Shown here piece by piece: positions 26,909 to 32,000 of a stretch of 32,000 nucleotides of DNA. Every line of letters starts with the position of its first letter. Position 1 is the first letter of the stretch. The DNA comes from Psychrobacter sp. HD31 (GTDB taxonomy: Bacteria; Pseudomonadota; Gammaproteobacteria; Pseudomonadales; Moraxellaceae), in contig NZ_CP142525.1 in NCBI RefSeq assembly GCF_051097895.1, forward strand, positions 1,800,001 to 1,832,000. The letters are read 5' to 3'. A program made the translations under genes and the position numbers. The notes under the pieces are model-generated. The model saw only the letters and a list, made by a program, of their open reading frames with translations. It was not told the origin of the DNA and did not search any database.

Positions 26909-27835
26909 TTATTTTCTTACGAGGTCTAAGCTAACGATACCCATTGCGAAGACGACCATCAAAGTGCCAATGATATCGGCTGTGGTTAGCTGTACACCAA
27001 ACAATATGACCGACAAAAAAGTGGCAAAAATTGGATTAAGCAGATGAAATGCAGAAGCATAGCCAGGACCAAACCACTCAATTACTTTAAACCACATTAT
27101 CATGGCAATCATCGATACAAATATCATTTGATAGATTAACGAAATCAAAAATTCGGGAATAAATATTACCGCTGACCAGTGTGCAAGGTCTACAAAAGGG
27201 AACAATATGATAGCGCCAACCATATTTTGTAGTGCCACAAGGTATAATTTGTCTGTCGTTTTTTTAGCGAAAAATTGAAAATATAGGGTGCCTATGGATA
27301 CCGCAACGACTGCTAATAGTAGCCAAGTCACACCAGTTATTAACTCGTTGGCGTGGGTCGGGTGGCTCAGCTGTTTTATCCATAGAGAGACACCACCGAT
27401 ACGGGCGGAGAGTACCAAAAACACCCCTAAAAATCCCATGGTAATGGCAAGCCACAAAAGTTTTGACCATGTTTTTGCAATCCAAGAGACAACAAAAGAT
27501 GTCACAAATGGGGTAGTTGATACTAACAAAACCGCCAATTCAGGAGAAACATATTGCATCCCTGTATAGGATAGTCCTAAATAAAAAACATAATTACATA
27601 AGCCTAACACAAAGGCATCTCGCCAAAGGTAGGGGTTTTTAAATGCATTTAAGTTGAGGCTGTGTTTTGTTAAATAACGATAAGCAAAACTGGCTAATAG
27701 CAATGCCACCCCAGCCAAACCAAGGCGTAGGCTAATAAAATTAAGCGGTGCGAGGTATTTTATTGAGTATTTGCCAGCAATAAAGGCAGATGACCAAAAA
27801 AAGCTAAACAAAATCCCAAGTGCAATCCTTTGCAT
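26909..27835 (-). CDS. DMT superfamily (EamA-like) permease
   Basis: About 10 TM helices in two EamA-like halves. I prefer ATG 27835 (MQRIALGILF...) over the TTG at 27847 given in the ORF track. Confidence 0.85.
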   Translation of the reverse strand: MQRIALGILFSFFWSSAFIAGKYSIKYLAPLNFISLRLGLAGVALLLASFAYRYLTKHSLNLNAFKNPYLWRDAFVLGLCNYVFYLGLSYTGMQYVSPELAVLLVSTTPFVTSFVVSWIAKTWSKLLWLAITMGFLGVFLVLSARIGGVSLWIKQLSHPTHANELITGVTWLLLAVVAVSIGTLYFQFFAKKTTDKLYLVALQNMVGAIILFPFVDLAHWSAVIFIPEFLISLIYQMIFVSMIAMIMWFKVIEWFGPGYASAFHLLNPIFATFLSVILFGVQLTTADIIGTLMVVFAMGIVSLDLVRK

Positions 27836-28057
27836 AAGGGTTTCCAAAAGTTAGATGAACTTTAAACAGTATAGTCAATTAAATATATTTGTGCTATGGC
27901 ATAAGGCTTTATAATTAATGGATGTTTTTTGTACTAAAAACAAAACAAGATGATTAAACTGTAAAAATAGCCGCCATTGGGCACAATGACTTTGTGTGGA
28001 TACTATCAATGTAAGGTTATCTTCAACACATAGAGGTTTTTATCAGGGACAGATATC

Positions 28058-28999
28058 ATGAATCTTACTATTCTTAAAGATCAACTAAATCAACAGATAT
28101 TAAGTTTACTGCCAGAACAATGGCATGGCTTGGTTTCTTCTGTGTTACCACAACATTGGCAAGAATGGGTGCTACCGTTAATGGGATTGCCTTTTTTGAT
28201 GCTATTTGCACTTGAGTGGCTTTATCAAAAATCAAAAGGTAAAGACAAAAACTTTAGCATAAAACGAGCTGTTACTAACTTTAGCCTTGGTGGCACCTAT
28301 TTGTTGTTTGAAATCATTGCGCAAGCATTGGTTGTGCTGCCAATTTGCATGTGGGTGTATCACTTCCGTTTTTTTGATATTCCAGTTACTTGGCTAACCG
28401 CCGTACCAATTTTTGTGGCAGTAGAGTTTTGTTATTATTGGTTTCATCGCGCGTCCCACCGTATTACTTGGTTTTGGTCTGCCCATGTTGTGCATCATGG
28501 AGACGATAAAATGAACTTATCAACAGCCATGCGTCAAAGTTTGTTGTACTCGGTTGTCGGATGGTGGCTGTTTTTTACTCCATTGATGTTATTGGGTGTG
28601 CATCCGGTTTGGGTATTCTTCTTTTATGCGTTAGACCTAATTTATCAGTATTTTATCCACACAGAAGTGGTAGGCAAGTTGCCAGCTTGGATAGAATACA
28701 TTTTTGATACACCTTCTAATCATAGAGCGCATCATGGCACTAACCCAGAGTATATTGATAAAAATTATGGTGGCGTATTGATAATTTTTGACCGACTATT
28801 TGGTACTTATGTTGAAGAAGATTTAGTCAATAATCCTGTACGCTATGGTGCGGTGGGAGAACAAACAACCGATAATATGCCGAAAGCAATTTTTACGGTT
28901 TTTTTAAGAATGTGGCGCCAGTTTTTTAATGAGAAGGGGCTAAAAAACAAACTGGCTGCCTTGTTTAGCCCACCAGAAAACCAAAAACTACCGCATTAA
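28058..28999 (+). CDS. fatty acid hydroxylase / sterol desaturase family membrane di-iron oxygenase
   Basis: Histidine boxes HRASH, HVVHH and HRAHHG within a polytopic protein of 313 aa. AGGGA RBS. Confidence 0.85.
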   Translation: MNLTILKDQLNQQILSLLPEQWHGLVSSVLPQHWQEWVLPLMGLPFLMLFALEWLYQKSKGKDKNFSIKRAVTNFSLGGTYLLFEIIAQALVVLPICMWVYHFRFFDIPVTWLTAVPIFVAVEFCYYWFHRASHRITWFWSAHVVHHGDDKMNLSTAMRQSLLYSVVGWWLFFTPLMLLGVHPVWVFFFYALDLIYQYFIHTEVVGKLPAWIEYIFDTPSNHRAHHGTNPEYIDKNYGGVLIIFDRLFGTYVEEDLVNNPVRYGAVGEQTTDNMPKAIFTVFLRMWRQFFNEKGLKNKLAALFSPPENQKLPH

Positions 29000-29053
29000 A
29001 TCTGCTGTTAAATTCTTAAATAGCAATGATTTATAGGTGTTTTGTTAAAAAAA

Positions 29054-29082
29054 TTGTCCTGTTTGGCATAACAGAGTATGAT
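29054..29082 (+). promoter_or_regulatory. sigma70-like promoter TTGTCC-N17-TATGAT upstream of the small-TM/SSS/NAPRTase operon
   Basis: Hexamers at 29054-29059 and 29077-29082 with a 17-nt spacer. The predicted TSS near 29089 falls inside the left arm of the adjacent hairpin. Confidence 0.4.
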
Positions 29083-29085
29083 TAT

Positions 29086-29130
29086 GGGGTGCTTTTATCC
29101 GAAAGACGGAGACAGCACCCCAAATTTTTT
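29086..29130 (+). terminator. rho-independent terminator-like hairpin after the hydroxylase gene, or a 5' leader attenuator of the next operon
   Basis: GGGGTGCT ... AGCACCCC (8 bp) with an inner TCCG-AAAGA-CGGA stem, followed by AAATTTTTT. It ends 20 nt before the next ATG. Confidence 0.65.
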
Positions 29131-29149
29131 CATACAGAGGATTTCTGCT

Positions 29150-29437
29150 ATGTCCAACATATCAAAAGGCAACGCTGCCTTACCTATTCGCTTACTCATT
29201 AGTTGTGTTTTTTTACCAATATCTTTGGCATTAACTGCAATTTTTACCACCACATTACCCACACAAATGCAAAGCAAGCTTGTTATGAGCGTGCCCGTTA
29301 TTTTGTGGTTTTGGTTAGCTGTCTCATTTTTTGTTTGCCTAATTACCATTATTTTTGCAATAAAAATGAGCCATGTCACTAACGACTCAGATTTTGAGAA
29401 AACTGATGGTGAAAGCGGGGGTAATCGTGATGAGTAA
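29150..29437 (+). CDS. small two-TM membrane protein, putative accessory subunit of the downstream symporter
   Basis: 95 aa from ATG 29150, with AGAGGA 9 nt upstream. It has two hydrophobic helices and an acidic C-tail. Its stop overlaps the next gene's ATG (GATGAGTAA). Small 2-TM genes commonly precede SSS permeases, for example the DUF3311/YhdT/YjcH types. Confidence 0.5.
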   Translation: MSNISKGNAALPIRLLISCVFLPISLALTAIFTTTLPTQMQSKLVMSVPVILWFWLAVSFFVCLITIIFAIKMSHVTNDSDFEKTDGESGGNRDE

Positions 29438-30899
29438 TACCGTTTTGTTATTAACACTATTGGCTGCTTATTTGCTATTTTTAGCAGGCACTGCATGGCG
29501 ATTGTCCTACAATTCAAAAACCAACAAGACAAACACTAACAGCCATTATTTGTTTGGCAGTGGTTTTGGTTTTTTATTATCATTTTTTGGTATTGCTGCC
29601 AGTTTGTTTAGTACCTTTACGTTAGAAGGGATGCCAGCATTTTTTAAAAATCATGGCATTGCCTCATGGGTGTTTTTGGGTATAACGGATGTGTGTTTGG
29701 CTGCGTTATTGCTGTATTTTGGTTTAAAAATGCGACATTTTGCTCGTCAACTAGCCATTAACAATAATAAGCGCCGTACGGCAAAAAACTTAACCGAGTG
29801 GTTAAAGCAAAGCGGACTCCCTAAATGGGTGGTCATATTTTTTGTTGCCAGCGTAACGGTATTTATGATTCCTTACATCACTATCCAAATTAAAGGTACG
29901 GCAGTGATGTTACAAACCGCAATACCATTGGGTGAAACACATTTGCTGTGGTCGATTATGATGGTTGCATTAATGATGACCTATTCGTGGTTTGGCGGTA
30001 TTAAGGCAATTTTTGTGACGGATATGGTGCAAGGGTTGGTGTTGCTAGTGACGGTTTGGGCGATTGCGTTTTTTGCTATCTCGGCAAGTGGTGGTATGGG
30101 CAATTTATTTGCGCAAGTTGCCACAATCGAACCTGCTTTGCTATCTGCACCTGGTCCTAAAGGTGTGCTTAATTGGCAGTTTTTATTAATAGGCTTTATT
30201 TCTATTGTGCTTATGCCCTATGTGCAACCACAATTGTTTACACGAGTATTGGTTGCAAAAAGTGATAAAGCGTTTGCTCGCTCTACCATGGCGTTAGCTG
30301 TGTTTGCAATTTTGGTCATTTTACCAACCTTGTTTATTGGGCTTAGGAGTGTGCTGGTTGCGCAAAATATGCCAGAAGGACATTTTTTGCTAAACTTAAT
30401 TAGTAGCGATGCGCCCATGTTTTTTTATGCCCTGTTTATTGTGGGTGTTTTAGCTGCGGCAATGTCTACAGCAGATAGCCAATTAATGGCAATTGGTACG
30501 GAGTGGAGCTCAGCAATGACAGAGCAAGACATCCAAAAGCATCCTTCAGCAAAAGTTTTGGTTAAAAGTATTGGTGCAGTGGTTGCTTTGGTGGCATTGG
30601 CATTGGCTCAAACCTCGTTTAAGTCTTTAATACTGTTTTCAATTAACTCGTTTATTGGTACATCATTACTATTGCCGATTGTGTTGGCAACGGCCGTTCG
30701 TTCTCAGGCGCACCGTTGGTTATTGATTATTTCATCGGTGGTTGCCGTGGCAATATTTTTACCAGTCGTACTGGGTATTTTACCTAAAATGATAATGGGG
30801 CTACGTATTGAGCTAATTTTATATGCGGTACAAGGCTGTTTATTGGCTTGGGTTTGGTTGTCAAAAAAAAGTAGTGGAGAAACAAGCTATGTCGTTTGA
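29430..30899 (+). CDS. sodium:solute symporter (SSS) family permease, substrate unknown
   Basis: 489 aa from ATG 29430 with 12-13 TM helices. SSS-typical segments are WFGGIKAIFVTDMVQG and LAAAMSTADSQL. The upstream ATG 29373 would overlap the small ORF by 65 nt. Confidence 0.85.
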   Translation: MSNTVLLLTLLAAYLLFLAGTAWRLSYNSKTNKTNTNSHYLFGSGFGFLLSFFGIAASLFSTFTLEGMPAFFKNHGIASWVFLGITDVCLAALLLYFGLKMRHFARQLAINNNKRRTAKNLTEWLKQSGLPKWVVIFFVASVTVFMIPYITIQIKGTAVMLQTAIPLGETHLLWSIMMVALMMTYSWFGGIKAIFVTDMVQGLVLLVTVWAIAFFAISASGGMGNLFAQVATIEPALLSAPGPKGVLNWQFLLIGFISIVLMPYVQPQLFTRVLVAKSDKAFARSTMALAVFAILVILPTLFIGLRSVLVAQNMPEGHFLLNLISSDAPMFFYALFIVGVLAAAMSTADSQLMAIGTEWSSAMTEQDIQKHPSAKVLVKSIGAVVALVALALAQTSFKSLILFSINSFIGTSLLLPIVLATAVRSQAHRWLLIISSVVAVAIFLPVVLGILPKMIMGLRIELILYAVQGCLLAWVWLSKKSSGETSYVV

Positions 30900-32000
30900 A
30901 ATAAAAGAACAAGAGTTAAAACAACAAGGAAAGCTGAAACGATTAACAAACCGTACCTTTAAGTTTGATGAGCGTGTGGGTGAGGGTTGGTTTTCGGCGG
31001 TATATTTTTTAAAAACGGCTCGGCTGGCAAGTAAGCATGTTGCTGGGCAGCGTGTCACCATGCAGTTTTTTCAAAAAAAAGAGGCGGTACTTTGTGGCAC
31101 AGATGAGGCAATTGCTTTGGTGCATACCTTTGCTCAAGAGCCTGAATCATTGACCATTCATGCGCTGCACGATGGCGACCACATTGCCCCTTATGAAACC
31201 GTACTGATGATTGAAGGTGAGTATGACAAGTTTGGGTTTTTAGAGGGGCTGATTGATGGCATCCTTGCCAGACGGACTTCGGTGGCGACTAATGTTTACA
31301 ATGTTGTACAGGCAGCTGGTGAGAACCGTGTAATTTTTATGGGTGATCGAGATGATCACTTTAGCCAACAAGCTGGGGATGGTTATTCGGCATTTGTTGG
31401 TGGTTCAGTAGCACAGGCAACGCATGCAATGAATGATTGGTGGGGCGATGAAGGTATGGGCACGATGCCTCATGCGTTGATTCAGTTGTTTGGTGGTGAT
31501 TTGTTGGCAGCTTGCCATGCTTATCGTGAGGAGTTTCCAGAAGATAATTTGGTGGCTTTGGTTGATTATCATAATGATGTGGTGGCGGATTCATTGGCGG
31601 TGGCACGTGAATTTGGACGAGACTTGTTTGGCGTTCGTGTCGATACCTCACAGTTTATGGTTGACCAGTATTTTTTAGATAATCCTAATGAACTTGGTCG
31701 TTTTGATCCTCGTGGTGTCAACAAACGTTTGATTGAAGTATTGCGTGAGGCATTAGATGCCGAGGGATTTGACTTTGTGAAAATTATTGTAAGTGGCGGT
31801 TTTACTGCCGATAAAATCAATGATTTTGAGCAAAGTGGCACACCGGTTGATGCCTATGGTGTGGGGTCGTCTTTACTTAAAATAGGTATTGGTTTTTCTG
31901 GCGATTGTGTGCTAAAAAATGGTAAACCAGAAGCCAAAGTAGGGCGAAAATATAGCCCAAATGAGCGCTTGGAGTTGGTTGAGTTTGAGGAGAAAAAATC
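30889..32000 (+). CDS. pncB: nicotinate phosphoribosyltransferase, short archaeal/Thermoplasma-type (3' end beyond the window)
   Basis: The open frame is absent from the ORF track because no stop is reached, so I translated it by hand: MSFEIKEQELK...SAVYFLKT...GTMPHALIQLFGG...VRVDTS...KIIVSGGF...DAYGVGSSL...NGKPEAKVGRK. These are type II PRTase/NAPRTase motifs. The ATG overlaps the symporter's 3' end by 11 nt. Confidence 0.85.
   Translation, partial: MSFEIKEQELKQQGKLKRLTNRTFKFDERVGEGWFSAVYFLKTARLASKHVAGQRVTMQFFQKKEAVLCGTDEAIALVHTFAQEPESLTIHALHDGDHIAPYETVLMIEGEYDKFGFLEGLIDGILARRTSVATNVYNVVQAAGENRVIFMGDRDDHFSQQAGDGYSAFVGGSVAQATHAMNDWWGDEGMGTMPHALIQLFGGDLLAACHAYREEFPEDNLVALVDYHNDVVADSLAVAREFGRDLFGVRVDTSQFMVDQYFLDNPNELGRFDPRGVNKRLIEVLREALDAEGFDFVKIIVSGGFTADKINDFEQSGTPVDAYGVGSSLLKIGIGFSGDCVLKNGKPEAKVGRKYSPNERLELVEFEEKK

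Noticed and set aside
31361-31841. Proline/histidine-rich antisense ORFs (96 aa and 90 aa) inside the NAPRTase gene.
   Set aside because: They are shadows of a well-supported + strand frame with conserved PRTase motifs.
1-32000. Scan for tRNA/rRNA genes, CRISPR repeats, IS elements, integrases, and toxin-antitoxin or defence genes.
   Set aside because: No T-loop GGTTCGAATCC-type sequences occur outside CDSs, there are no regularly spaced repeats, and there are no transposase-, integrase- or nuclease/ATPase-type ORFs. Every ORF of 100 aa or more that is not a shadow frame has a housekeeping or transport assignment.

Overview
This is a 32-kb chromosomal segment from an AT-rich gamma-proteobacterium. 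I hand-counted G+C in four 100-nt samples and got 27-47%. The protein set and the rppH ... lgt-thyA synteny suggest Moraxellaceae, but that is inference. I call 28 tightly packed protein-coding genes, almost all housekeeping. They are: a single-domain MetE-like methionine synthase, a TauE/SafE permease, an FMN reductase, a YeeE/YedE permease, a PACE (AceI-like) exporter, an SDR, a DsrE-like protein, ald, a LysR regulator, a CptA/EptC-like phosphoethanolamine transferase, purL, pgsA, acs, a YhiN/BaiN flavoprotein, folA, thyA, lgt, an NRDE/TANGO2-like protein, rppH, OsmC, MAPEG, dusC, a Tas-like aldo-keto reductase, a DMT/EamA permease, a fatty-acid hydroxylase family protein, and a three-gene unit made of a small membrane protein, an SSS permease and a 3'-truncated Thermoplasma-type nicotinate phosphoribosyltransferase. 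About ten rho-independent terminator hairpins and a few operator- or promoter-like sites are visible. I recognised no rRNA, tRNA, CRISPR array, IS/transposase, integrase, phage or defence genes, and I found no convincing large novel system. The best candidates for something undescribed are: (i) the translationally coupled small-TM/SSS/NAPRTase operon, a possible new niacin uptake-salvage module; (ii) the MesD-like core methionine synthase and its sulfur/flavin neighbourhood; (iii) a markedly AT-rich phosphoethanolamine transferase gene wedged between lysR and purL; (iv) an orphan strong Shine-Dalgarno plus 41-codon ORF bracketed by an 11-bp inverted repeat in the pgsA-acs spacer. All functional calls rest on motifs I recognised by eye. 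No database search was run.
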